From: Planctomycetota bacterium
GTDB taxonomy: Bacteria; Planctomycetota; B15-G4
Assembly: GCA_038212275.1 (NCBI GenBank)
Contig: JBBQUR010000004.1
Coordinates: forward strand, 128,001-192,000
Direction: 5' to 3'
DNA length: 64,000 nucleotides
Shown here: positions 39,768-48,629 of the stretch, piece by piece
Layout: every line of letters starts with the position of its first letter
Numbering within the stretch: position 1 is the first letter of the stretch
Position numbers and translations under genes: made by a program
The notes under the pieces: model-generated
Told to the model about the DNA's origin: nothing
Database searches by the model: none
Seen by the model: the letters and a program-made list of their open reading frames with translations, nothing else

Positions 39768-42587
39768 TCAGTGAGCCTCGACCCAGTTGTGACCGGTGCC
39801 CGTCGTGACGAGCAGCGGCACGTCCAGCACCATGGCCTTTTCCATGAGCTCCGTCACCAGCGCGGTGACCTCGGGCAGCTCGGCCTCCGGCACTTCGAAG
39901 ACGAGTTCGTCGTGCACCTGGAGCAGCATGCGCGTGCCCAGCCTGCGGCGCAGCAGCTCGTGCTGGACGCGGATCATCGCGATCTTGATCAGGTCCGCGG
40001 CCGTGCCCTGCAGCGGCGTGTTGACAGCGATGTTCATGGCCGAGGCGGCAAGCCGTGGATCGCTGCTTTCGAGCGTGTCGATGCGCCGGCGGCGGCCGGT
40101 GAGGGTGGAGACGAAGCCCTGCTCCAGCGCCTGCGCCTTGGTCTTGTCGAGCCAGGCGCGCACGCCGGAGAAGACCTTGAAATACTGCTCGATGAACTCC
40201 GTGGCCTGCTTCACGGTGAGGTCGATGGAGCGCGCGAGCCGCTGCGCGCCCATGCCGTAGATGATCCCGAAGTTGATCGTCTTGGCGTGACCGCGCATCT
40301 CCGCCGTGACCTCGGACTCCGGCACGTTGAAGATGAGCGCGGCCGTGCGGCGGTGGATGTCGTCCCCGTCGCGGAAGGCGGACAGCAGCGCCTCGTCGCC
40401 CGACAGGTGCGCCATGAGGCGCAGCTCGATCTGGCTGTAGTCCGCGGCGAAAAGCACGTGGCCCTCGTCCGCGATGAAGGCCTGGCGGATGCGCCGCCCG
40501 AGCTCCGTGCGGTTGGGGATGTTCTGCAGGTTGGGATCGGACGACGAGAGCCGGCCCGTCGACGCGACGGCCTGGTTGAACGAGGTGTGGATGCGCCCGC
40601 TCGCCGGATGCACGAGGTCGGGCAGGCTGTCCACGTAGGTGCTCTTGAGCTTGGCGATCTGCCGGTGCTCGAGGATGCGCGCGGCCAGCGGATGCTCGCT
40701 GAGCGACTCGAGCACCTCGGCGTCCGTGCTGTAGCCGGTCTTGGTGCGCTTGATGCGCTTGATGCCGAGCTGCTCGTGCACTTTCAGCTTTTCGAAGAGC
40801 ACCTCCGCGAGCTGCTTGGGGCTGCCGATGTTGAACGGCGCCCCGGCCAGCGCGTGGATCTCCTCCGTCACGACGGCGAGGCGTTCGCCCATCTCCACCG
40901 AGAGCGTGCGCAGGTGCGCCACGTCGATGCGGATGCCGTGCGTTTCCATCGCCTGCAGCACCGAGAGCAGCGGCAGCTCGATGTCGCGGAAGACGTGCTC
41001 GACCTCGTTGCCGTCCAGGCGCTCCGCGAAGAGCCGGTAGAGGCGGAAGGTCATGTCCGCGTCCTCGCAGGCGTATTCGCCGCACTTCGCGGGCGGCACG
41101 TCCCACATCGAGATCTGCGCGGCGCCCTTGCCGATGAGCTCGCTCGTCGGGATCTTCGTGATGCCGAGGTGCTTGAGCGTGAGGAAGTCCAGGCCGTGCT
41201 GGCTCTGGTGCGCCTCCAGGCAGTAGCTGCCGAGCATCGTGTCGAAGCCGGCCTTCGCCGGGCAGACGCCGTAGCGGCCCATGACGAGCAGGTCGTACTT
41301 GAGGTTCTGCCCGACGAGCGTGATGCGCGGGCTCTCCAGCACGGGCTTCACGTCGCGCAGAAAACGCGCCAGGTCGCTGCCTGCCGGCGGGACGAGCGGG
41401 TCGCCCGGCAGGCCGCTGCCGGTGGTGACGAGCGCGCTGTCCTGCGCGGGGCGGAACATGTCGTCGCCGGACGCTCCGGCGCCGGCGCGTTCGCGCGCGG
41501 TGCGGCCGCGGTCGCCCGGTCCGAAGATCGGCGCGGCCAGGTTGACGGGCAGATACCACGCCTCGTGTGCCTCGAAGGCGAAGGACATGCCGACGAGCTC
41601 GGCTTCCAGCGCCGTGATCGAGGTGGTCTCCGTGTCGAAGATGATCTCGGTCGCAGCGTTCAGCCGCTGCAGGAAGGTCTCGTATTCCTCGCGCGTGGTG
41701 ACGACCTTGTAGCGGCGCTCGTCGCTGCGCACCTGGCGCGGCAGCTTGTCCGCCAGCGACGGGAAGTCCAGCTCCACGAAGAGTTCGCGCGCGGCGTCCG
41801 CGTCCGGGCCCCGGTAGGTCAACGACTCCAGGTCCAGCTCGACCGGCGCCTCGCAGCGGATCGTGGCCAGGTCGCGTGACAGGTAGGCCAGCTCACGCCC
41901 CTCGCGCAACCGGGCCTGCAGGCTGGGCGGTTTGATGCGGTCGAGCTTCGCGTAGATGTCGTCGAGGCCCTCGTAGTCCTCGATGAGTTTCAGCGCGGTC
42001 TTCTCGCCGACCTGCGGCACGCCCGGGATGTTGTCGCTGTGGTCGCCCATGAGCGCGAGCACCTCGATGACCTGGTCGGGCCGGCAATGGAAGCGTTCGC
42101 GCACCGCGGCGATATCCACGACGACCGGTTCGCCGCCGCCGCTCGTCGGCGTCCACATGACCGAGTGCTCGGTCACCAGCTGCATGAAGTCCTTGTCGCC
42201 CGTGAACATGATGACGTCGTGACCCGCGGCGCGCGCGCGCTGCGCCAGAGTGCCGATGACGTCGTCGGCCTCCCAGCCGGGTAGCGCATAGAGCGGAAAG
42301 CCCAGCGACTTCGCGATGCGCTCGAACATCGGCAGCTGGTCGATGAGCTCCTGCGGTGTCTTCTCGCGCGTGGCCTTGTAGGCGTCGTAGGCCTTGTGAC
42401 GGAAGGTGGGCTCGGGCGTGTCCATGGCCACGAGCGCGAAGTCGGGCGTGCCACGCTCCACGAGCGCGAGCAGCGAGGCGGCATAGGCGTAGGCAGGCCC
42501 CGGCCCGCGCGCAAAGTAGCTGCGGTAGGCCAGCGCCGAGCCGTCGATGAGGATGGTGCGCGGCCGGCGTGAGCTCGATTCGATCAT
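39768..42587 (-). CDS. polA: DNA polymerase I
   Basis: LIDGSALAYR, EADDVIGT, LMGDHSDNIPGV, FDTETT, TGRLSSSDPNLQNIP, ADYSQIELR, KTINFGIIYG, LQVHDEL. Start 42587 or 42596. Confidence 0.97.
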   Translation of the reverse strand: MIESSSRRPRTILIDGSALAYRSYFARGPGPAYAYAASLLALVERGTPDFALVAMDTPEPTFRHKAYDAYKATREKTPQELIDQLPMFERIAKSLGFPLYALPGWEADDVIGTLAQRARAAGHDVIMFTGDKDFMQLVTEHSVMWTPTSGGGEPVVVDIAAVRERFHCRPDQVIEVLALMGDHSDNIPGVPQVGEKTALKLIEDYEGLDDIYAKLDRIKPPSLQARLREGRELAYLSRDLATIRCEAPVELDLESLTYRGPDADAARELFVELDFPSLADKLPRQVRSDERRYKVVTTREEYETFLQRLNAATEIIFDTETTSITALEAELVGMSFAFEAHEAWYLPVNLAAPIFGPGDRGRTARERAGAGASGDDMFRPAQDSALVTTGSGLPGDPLVPPAGSDLARFLRDVKPVLESPRITLVGQNLKYDLLVMGRYGVCPAKAGFDTMLGSYCLEAHQSQHGLDFLTLKHLGITKIPTSELIGKGAAQISMWDVPPAKCGEYACEDADMTFRLYRLFAERLDGNEVEHVFRDIELPLLSVLQAMETHGIRIDVAHLRTLSVEMGERLAVVTEEIHALAGAPFNIGSPKQLAEVLFEKLKVHEQLGIKRIKRTKTGYSTDAEVLESLSEHPLAARILEHRQIAKLKSTYVDSLPDLVHPASGRIHTSFNQAVASTGRLSSSDPNLQNIPNRTELGRRIRQAFIADEGHVLFAADYSQIELRLMAHLSGDEALLSAFRDGDDIHRRTAALIFNVPESEVTAEMRGHAKTINFGIIYGMGAQRLARSIDLTVKQATEFIEQYFKVFSGVRAWLDKTKAQALEQGFVSTLTGRRRRIDTLESSDPRLAASAMNIAVNTPLQGTAADLIKIAMIRVQHELLRRRLGTRMLLQVHDELVFEVPEAELPEVTALVTELMEKAMVLDVPLLVTTGTGHNWVEAH

Positions 42588-42629
42588 GGAGCGCATGGTA
42601 GCCACGCGACCCTCCGACCCGCGCACCTC

Positions 42630-42683
42630 ATGCCGGGAGGCAACGCGATGCCGGAAGGCAGGGCGATGCCGGAAGGCAGGGCG
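42630..42683. repeat. Three 18-nt tandem repeats, each a TGCC-GGRA-GGCA mini-hairpin
   Basis: ATGCCGGGAGGCAACGCG, ATGCCGGAAGGCAGGGCG, ATGCCGGAAGGCAGGGCG. Confidence 0.85.
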
Positions 42684-42721
42684 CGCTGGACTTGCGAACC
42701 GCGACGGGGAACCATGGCGGC

Positions 42722-43384
42722 ATGAAGAACGTGCAGCAGACGTGCGGACGATCCCGCGGCGATGGTGCCCCGGTGCGCCCGATCCTCCCCGGGCAACGAT
42801 GCGCGCTGTCCGCTGCGGTGCTCGTGCTGCTCCTCGCGGCGGGCGGCTGCGGCGACGCAGCCACCAAGGCGGACGAGAAGGCCCTCGTGGCCTCGCGCGA
42901 CACTCTGGCGACCGACCCTTCCGCGGCGCTGTTCCAGGCGAAAGCCGCGCTCGCCGACCTGCATGACCGCGGCCTGCCCGACGACCCGCGGCTGCAGCTC
43001 GTCGCGGCGGAAGCCTGCCTGCGCCTCGACCGGCGCACCGACGCGCTGGCCTACGCCGAGGCGGGCCTCGCCGCGGGGGATCTGCCAGCCGATCTTCGCG
43101 CTGATCTCTCGTGGGCCAGCGGCACCGCGCTCATGGGCCGCTTCGTCGAGCTGGGCAGCGAGTCCGACTGGCGCTCGGCCAACAGCACGCTGGAGCAGGG
43201 CACCGAGGCCGGCCATCACAGGCTCGAGGCGGCCTTTCTGCTGGTGGGGCTGCAGGACCTCGCCGGCCACTCCAATCCGGAGCGGCAGCGGAAGTTCGCG
43301 CGCCTGGTCATCGAGCTCGACACCGAAGGCACGCAGGCCGGACGCGTGAAGCGCCTGCTCGAGGCCAGGGGGCTCACGCCGTAG
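42722..43384 (+). CDS. Hypothetical helical-repeat (TPR-like) lipoprotein; start uncertain
   Basis: VLVLLLAAGGC lipobox followed by Ala/Leu-rich helices. Confidence 0.65.
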   Translation: MKNVQQTCGRSRGDGAPVRPILPGQRCALSAAVLVLLLAAGGCGDAATKADEKALVASRDTLATDPSAALFQAKAALADLHDRGLPDDPRLQLVAAEACLRLDRRTDALAYAEAGLAAGDLPADLRADLSWASGTALMGRFVELGSESDWRSANSTLEQGTEAGHHRLEAAFLLVGLQDLAGHSNPERQRKFARLVIELDTEGTQAGRVKRLLEARGLTP

Positions 43385-44660
43385 CGACGGGCGGCGGCCG
43401 TCGCGCCATCTGCCCGATGTGCCGGAAGGACCAGAAGAAGCGCGCCTCGAGCGCGATCGCCAGCAGATACGTAGCGATGGTGAGCAGCATCGGCAGCGCG
43501 TAGCCGTCGAGTCCGGCGCCGAGCCAGCCGTTCGAGCTCTCGATGAGCCAGCCGCCCCAGTGATTCGACAGCGCCCACCCGAGGTTCCAGCACAGCATCG
43601 ACGCGCCGTTCACCGCAGGGCGGTCCTTCTCGGGCGTGATCTCCATCATGAGGTTGCGCCACAGCGGCTGCGACAGGTTCATGAAGGCGCTGCGCAGGAT
43701 GTAGGCGCAGACCGCGAGCGGAAAGCTCATGGTGAGCGCCAGCGTGAGGAAGAAGGGCAGCGACAGCGCCTCGGTGATGATCGTGGCGCGCACCAGTCCG
43801 AAGCGCGCCACGACGCGCGGCGTCACCACGGCGCCCAGCGTCATGGTCGCCGAAGCGGCCGCGAGCACGAGGCCGAGCGCCGCAAAGGGCAGCGCGAAGC
43901 GCTGCGTGAAGTAAAGGTTGATGAAAGGAATCGACAGGCCGGCGCCGGTGCCGATGAGAAAGTGCGGGATCGACACGCGCATCCACAGATGCCATTGCGA
44001 CGGCCGCAGGATGCCCAGCACCGCGAGCAGCGAACGCGACGAGGCCTCCTCGCTTCCGGGCAGTCGATGCGGCAGCCGCCGGTAAGGGCGCCAGGCGAGC
44101 AGACCGAAGCCTGCGCCGGTGAGCAGCGCGATGCGCAACGGCCAGGTGCTGCCCGACACGCCCTGAGCGAGAGACCCCGCGATGAGGCACGACATGAGGA
44201 AGCCGAGCGTCTGCGTCAGCGTGTGCACGGCGAAGTCGGCCTGGAAGAGCTGCGTGCGCTCCTGGCTGCGGCTCGTCGCCACCAGGAAGGGCGCAGCCAC
44301 CACCTTGTGCAGCGTGTACGAGGCGCCCGACAGGGCCGACCAGGCCACCAGCGCCCAGAATGAACTGGAGGCCGCGATGCCCGCGATGGACAGCGCCTTG
44401 AGGACGCAGGCCAGCACGAGCGAGCGGCGCGGACCGAGCCGGTCGTAAAGCGAGGCCGACGGAAACGTGGCCACGACGACGCCGACCGCCGACGCGCCGT
44501 TGATCCAGCCCGCGTCGGCGATTCCGAGCCCCAGCGACGTGACGTAGAGGTTCTGCAGCGCGTACTGGAAGGCGTTGCCGACTTCGATGAGCGCCGCGCC
44601 CGCGAGAAAGGCACGCGCCTCGACCGAGAAGCCGCGATAGACCCGGAGCAGCGGGTTCAC
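43374..44660 (-). CDS. MFS transporter
   Basis: About 12 TM segments, motif-A-like LYDRLGPRR, and PFINLYF, RSAFMNLSQP. Confidence 0.9.
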   Translation of the reverse strand: MNPLLRVYRGFSVEARAFLAGAALIEVGNAFQYALQNLYVTSLGLGIADAGWINGASAVGVVVATFPSASLYDRLGPRRSLVLACVLKALSIAGIAASSSFWALVAWSALSGASYTLHKVVAAPFLVATSRSQERTQLFQADFAVHTLTQTLGFLMSCLIAGSLAQGVSGSTWPLRIALLTGAGFGLLAWRPYRRLPHRLPGSEEASSRSLLAVLGILRPSQWHLWMRVSIPHFLIGTGAGLSIPFINLYFTQRFALPFAALGLVLAAASATMTLGAVVTPRVVARFGLVRATIITEALSLPFFLTLALTMSFPLAVCAYILRSAFMNLSQPLWRNLMMEITPEKDRPAVNGASMLCWNLGWALSNHWGGWLIESSNGWLGAGLDGYALPMLLTIATYLLAIALEARFFWSFRHIGQMARRPPPVATA

Positions 44661-44785
44661 GTCAGCGGCGCGGAGGCGTGGGGTTCATGGAGGGCGCCGC
44701 CGGACGACGGCGGGCGGATTGTAGGACCGCCGTGCCCGGTTCCAAGTGCCGCGCGGCTTGATCGCCGGCTCGTCGATGCGGGATC

Positions 44786-45304
44786 ATGCGCCGCATGCAG
44801 GCGTTGCTGATCTTCGTGCTCGTGCTGGTGCTGCTGCTCGTCGTGGCGGCGGCGCTGCTGCTCCGTCGGGTGCAGGGGCTGGAGTCGCGCCTGGCGCCGC
44901 TGGCCCGCCTCGATGACCTCGACAAGCAGCTGCAGCTGCTGGGCGGGCTCATCGAGCGACGCGAGTTCTCGGTCGCCCTGCAGGCCAAGCTCACGGAGTT
45001 CGGCGAGACCCAGGCCCGGCTCACGGCGGCGCTCGCCGAGCTGCAGGCGGCCGTGACGGCGGCGCCGGTCGCGCACGCCACGCTGCCGTCGGGCGATCTG
45101 CTCGGTCTTGTGCGCGAACACCTCGTCGAGCAGCGCTTCGAAGCCGTGCACCTGCTGACGGATGCCGGGCAGCTCGAAGGCCGCTCAGGGCACGTGGCCT
45201 TCGAGGCGCGTCGTGACGGCGTGCTGCACAAGGGCCACGCCGTCCTGCTGGACGGTGCGGTCGTCGAAGACCATGTGCGTTCCGCCTGGTCCACCTTTCC
45301 CTGA
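44786..45304 (+). CDS. Hypothetical protein with N-terminal TM and coiled coil
   Basis: Strong N-terminal hydrophobic helix, heptad region, small C-terminal alpha/beta domain. Confidence 0.7.
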   Translation: MRRMQALLIFVLVLVLLLVVAAALLLRRVQGLESRLAPLARLDDLDKQLQLLGGLIERREFSVALQAKLTEFGETQARLTAALAELQAAVTAAPVAHATLPSGDLLGLVREHLVEQRFEAVHLLTDAGQLEGRSGHVAFEARRDGVLHKGHAVLLDGAVVEDHVRSAWSTFP

Positions 45305-45364
45305 ATCCAACGGTGATCGGGAGGCGGGAATGCCGCCGCCCCGGCTCCGGGAGTTGCCTCGAAC

Positions 45365-46669
45365 ATGAGCGTCCAACCCGTCATCGCGCGCGTCCGTCGC
45401 CTCGGCGAACACGTCGGGAGCAAGGCCCGCGTGCAGGGCTGGCTGACCAACCGCCGCTCGTCCGGCAAGCTGCAGTTCCTGCAGGTGCGGGACGGCAGCG
45501 GCACCGTGCAGTGCGTGCTCAAGAAGGGCGACGTCCCCGACGAACTCTTCGCGCGCCTCGACGCGCTGCCGCAGGAGAGCTCGCTCGAGGTCGAGGGCGA
45601 GGTGCGCGCCGATGCGCGTTCTCCCGGCGGCTTCGAGATCTCGGTGACGGCGGTGCACATCGTTGCCGAGTCGGCCGCCTATCCGATCAGCAACAAGGAG
45701 CACAGCACGGGCTTCCTCATGGAGCACCGGCACCTCTGGCTGCGCAGCTCGCGCCAGGCGGCGACGCTGCGCATCCGCGCCCGCATCATCAAGTCCATCC
45801 GCGACTACTTCGACAGTCGCGACTACGTGTGCGTGGACGCGCCGGTGTTCACGCCGTCGGCCTGCGAGGGCACGACGACGCTTTTCAAGGTGGACTACTT
45901 TGGCGACGACGCCTACCTCACGCAGAGTGGCCAGCTCTACGGCGAGGCGGCGGCGATGGCGATGGGCAAGATCTACGTCTTCGGGCCGGTGTTCCGCGCC
46001 GAGAAGTCCAAGACGCGCCGGCACCTCACCGAGTTCTGGATGGTCGAGCCCGAGATCGCCTACGCCGACCTCGACCAGGTCATGGACGTGGCCGAGGAAT
46101 TCGTCGAGACGATCGTCGCCGACGTGCTGCGCGACTGCATGCCGGAGCTCCTCGTGCTCGAGCGCGACGTGAGCAAGCTGCAGGCGATCAAGCGCCCCTT
46201 CCCGCGCATGAGCTACGACGACGCGGTCAAGAAGATGAACGACCGCGGCCACGCCTTCGAGTGGGGTAACGACTTCGGCGCGCCCGACGAGGAGGTCGTC
46301 ATGCAGGAGGTGGAGAAGCCGATGCTCGTGCACCGCTTCCCCGCACCGGTGAAGGCCTTCTACATGAAGCGCGATCCGCAGGACGAGCGCGTGGCCCTCT
46401 GCGTCGACGTGCTCGCGCCCGAGGGCTACGGCGAGATCATCGGCGGCAGCCAGCGCGCGGACGACCTGGCGTATCTCGAACAGCAGATCGCGCTGCACGG
46501 GCTGCCGAAGGAGGCCTTCGAGTGGTATCTCGACCTGCGCAGATACGGCACGGTTCCGCACGGCGGATTCGGGCTCGGGCTCGAGCGCACGGTGGCGTGG
46601 ATCACGGGGAACAAGCACATTCGCGAGTGCATCCCGTTCCCGCGCATGTTGTACAAGATTTATCCGTGA
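45365..46669 (+). CDS. asnS: Asparagine--tRNA ligase
   Basis: [74 protein letters not shown]. Confidence 0.96.
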   Translation: MSVQPVIARVRRLGEHVGSKARVQGWLTNRRSSGKLQFLQVRDGSGTVQCVLKKGDVPDELFARLDALPQESSLEVEGEVRADARSPGGFEISVTAVHIVAESAAYPISNKEHSTGFLMEHRHLWLRSSRQAATLRIRARIIKSIRDYFDSRDYVCVDAPVFTPSACEGTTTLFKVDYFGDDAYLTQSGQLYGEAAAMAMGKIYVFGPVFRAEKSKTRRHLTEFWMVEPEIAYADLDQVMDVAEEFVETIVADVLRDCMPELLVLERDVSKLQAIKRPFPRMSYDDAVKKMNDRGHAFEWGNDFGAPDEEVVMQEVEKPMLVHRFPAPVKAFYMKRDPQDERVALCVDVLAPEGYGEIIGGSQRADDLAYLEQQIALHGLPKEAFEWYLDLRRYGTVPHGGFGLGLERTVAWITGNKHIRECIPFPRMLYKIYP

Positions 46670-46722
46670 GGGGTTTGGCTGCTGCAGCAGGCGGACTGGG
46701 GTCCGCTGCTGAGCAGCCGCGG

Positions 46723-46829
46723 GTGGTTGCGTGGGGCGTGTGGTTGCGTGGGGCGTGTGGCTGCGTGGCGTGTGGCTGCGTGGCGTGTGGCTGCGTGGCG
46801 TGTGGTTGCGTGGGGCGTGTGGTTGCGTG
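46723..46829. repeat. G/T-rich tandem repeat (15/17-nt units, ~6.6 copies)
   Basis: GTGGTTGCGTGGGGCGT x2, GTGGCTGCGTGGCGT x3, GTGGTTGCGTGGGGCGT, then partial GTGGTTGCGTG. Confidence 0.9.
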
Positions 46830-46916
46830 AGGTCTGATGTTTGAGATCGGGATCTGTGGGTGTTTAGCGGGGGCGGGGGCTGAGGTGGCGAGCGCCAGGG
46901 CTGCACGGGAGCGGAC

Positions 46917-47516
46917 GTGACACTCGATCTGGCTCCTCTCGAGATGGCTGCAGCGCGGGTCGGGCTGAACGGTCTGCGCGCGCGCGTCGTGCCGGCGGAT
47001 CGGCGGCGAGGGACCTGGTTCACCTGGCGCGCGGGCGAGCTGCTCGTCAGCGCGCGCATCGTCGACCGGGTGCCGCCCGAGGATGCGTGCGCACTGCTCA
47101 TCGGCGAGGTCCTGCGTCGACGGCGACTGGCGGGGATGGCGCTGCCGTTCGGCCTCGGTGTCGGCGCCGCCGCGGTGGCGATCGCTGCGGTGCTGCTGTC
47201 GCTGGAGCCCGGCGCGGTCGTGAGCGTGCTGCTCGTCGCGGCCACGGCAGCTGTCGCCGCGGCCGCATGGTCCACGCTGCGACTTCGCGCCGGGATGGCG
47301 GCCGACGACGAGGCCGTGGCACTGCTCGGTGACGCCACACCGCTCGTCCGCGGGCTCAACCTGATGAATGAGGAGGAACTGCACCTCGGTGGCCGGAAGC
47401 TGCCGGCGCGGCCCGACCTGCACTGGCGTGCGGAGCGGCTGGCGCGGGTGCATCAGCTCTGCGACGGCGGAGGCGCCGCTGCCTCGCGGCCGCACGGCGG
47501 TGGCACCCATGGCTGA
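46917..47516 (+). CDS. Membrane protein with degenerate M48-peptidase-like layout
   Basis: GGGAG upstream of GTG; LLVSARIV...EDACALLIGEVLR, two TM helices, AADDEAVALLGD...LVRGL, RPDLHWRAERL. Confidence 0.6.
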   Translation: MTLDLAPLEMAAARVGLNGLRARVVPADRRRGTWFTWRAGELLVSARIVDRVPPEDACALLIGEVLRRRRLAGMALPFGLGVGAAAVAIAAVLLSLEPGAVVSVLLVAATAAVAAAAWSTLRLRAGMAADDEAVALLGDATPLVRGLNLMNEEELHLGGRKLPARPDLHWRAERLARVHQLCDGGGAAASRPHGGGTHG

Positions 47517-48477
47517 GCCTCCGCTTCCCGGACTCCGGCTCGTGCGCCACCCGCGCGCGGCGGAGCTCGTGGCTCAGCGCGCGCGACTCTTCGCCGGCTT
47601 GCGCGCGCACCTCGACGGGCGCGGCTTCGTCGAGGCCGACGTCCCGGCGCTCCAGCCGCACGCCGGGCAGGAGGCCTACCTGCACCCGCCGCTCGTCTCG
47701 CTCACCGGCCTGCCGGGGCCGCTCTGGCTCGCCACCTCGCCCGAGCTCTGTCTCAAGCGGCTCGTTTGCGCGGGCGTGGCGAGGGTGTACGCGCTGGGTC
47801 CTGCGTATCGCGGTGGCCGGGAGGAGATCTCCCGGCTGCACCAGCCGCAGTTCTGCATGCTCGAGTGGTATCGCCCGGGGCTTCGCCTCGCGGATCTCGC
47901 GGACGACGTGGCCGCCCTGTCCGCGGCGGCGGCGAGCGCGCTCGGCGTGCCTGCACCTCAGGCCGGGCGCTGGATGTCCGTGCGTGAGGCCTTCGCGGAG
48001 TTCGCGGGCCTGTCGCTCGATGCCGTGCTGGCCGAGGACGATGCCGCCGCGGCTTTCGGGCGCGCGCTTGTCGAGCACGTCGAGCCGTCCCTCGCGCGGC
48101 AGCCGGGCTGGGTCTTCCTGCATGGCTATCCCGCGTTCGGCGCCGCACTCGCGCGTCTCGACCCGGACGACCCGCGCGTGGCGCTGCGCGTCGAGGCATA
48201 CCTGCGCGGCGTCGAGATCGCGAATGGCTACGTGGAACTCGCCGACGCGGAGGAGCACCGCCGCCGCTGGGCCGACGAACGTCGCGCACGCAGCTCCGGG
48301 CATCCGGTGGCTCCCGTGGATGAGGGCTTTCTCCAGGAGCTCGCCGACCCGGGATTGCCGGAATGCATCGGCATGGCGCTCGGCGTCGACAGGCTGATGC
48401 TTGCGCTGCTTGGCGCCGACTCGCTGGCCGACGTCCTGCCCTTTCATCTCGAGCTTCCCTCCCGCACCGAGAGCTGA
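47509..48477 (+). CDS. epmA: EF-P lysine aminoacylase EpmA (GenX/PoxA)
   Basis: Class II aaRS catalytic domain only: WLATSPELCLKRL, HQPQFCMLEWYR, GVEIANGYVEL, GLPECIGMALGVDRL; no anticodon-binding domain. Confidence 0.9.
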   Translation: MAEPPLPGLRLVRHPRAAELVAQRARLFAGLRAHLDGRGFVEADVPALQPHAGQEAYLHPPLVSLTGLPGPLWLATSPELCLKRLVCAGVARVYALGPAYRGGREEISRLHQPQFCMLEWYRPGLRLADLADDVAALSAAAASALGVPAPQAGRWMSVREAFAEFAGLSLDAVLAEDDAAAAFGRALVEHVEPSLARQPGWVFLHGYPAFGAALARLDPDDPRVALRVEAYLRGVEIANGYVELADAEEHRRRWADERRARSSGHPVAPVDEGFLQELADPGLPECIGMALGVDRLMLALLGADSLADVLPFHLELPSRTES

Positions 48478-48629
48478 TGCGGGCGGAGAGCTGATGCGAG
48501 CGATGTAACGCGGCGAGCCAGGCCCCGACTTCCCGGTGGGTGCGTGGTGCATGTCTGGCGATGCCGCCGGGCGCCGCGCTCCCGCGTGGCCCGCCGAGGC
48601 GCGGGCCGAACACTCGGGAGGGAAGATTG

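Noticed and set aside
47509..48477. Truncated lysS pseudogene
   Set aside because: Catalytic-domain-only architecture with TSPE..KRL and LEWYR is the normal EpmA form.
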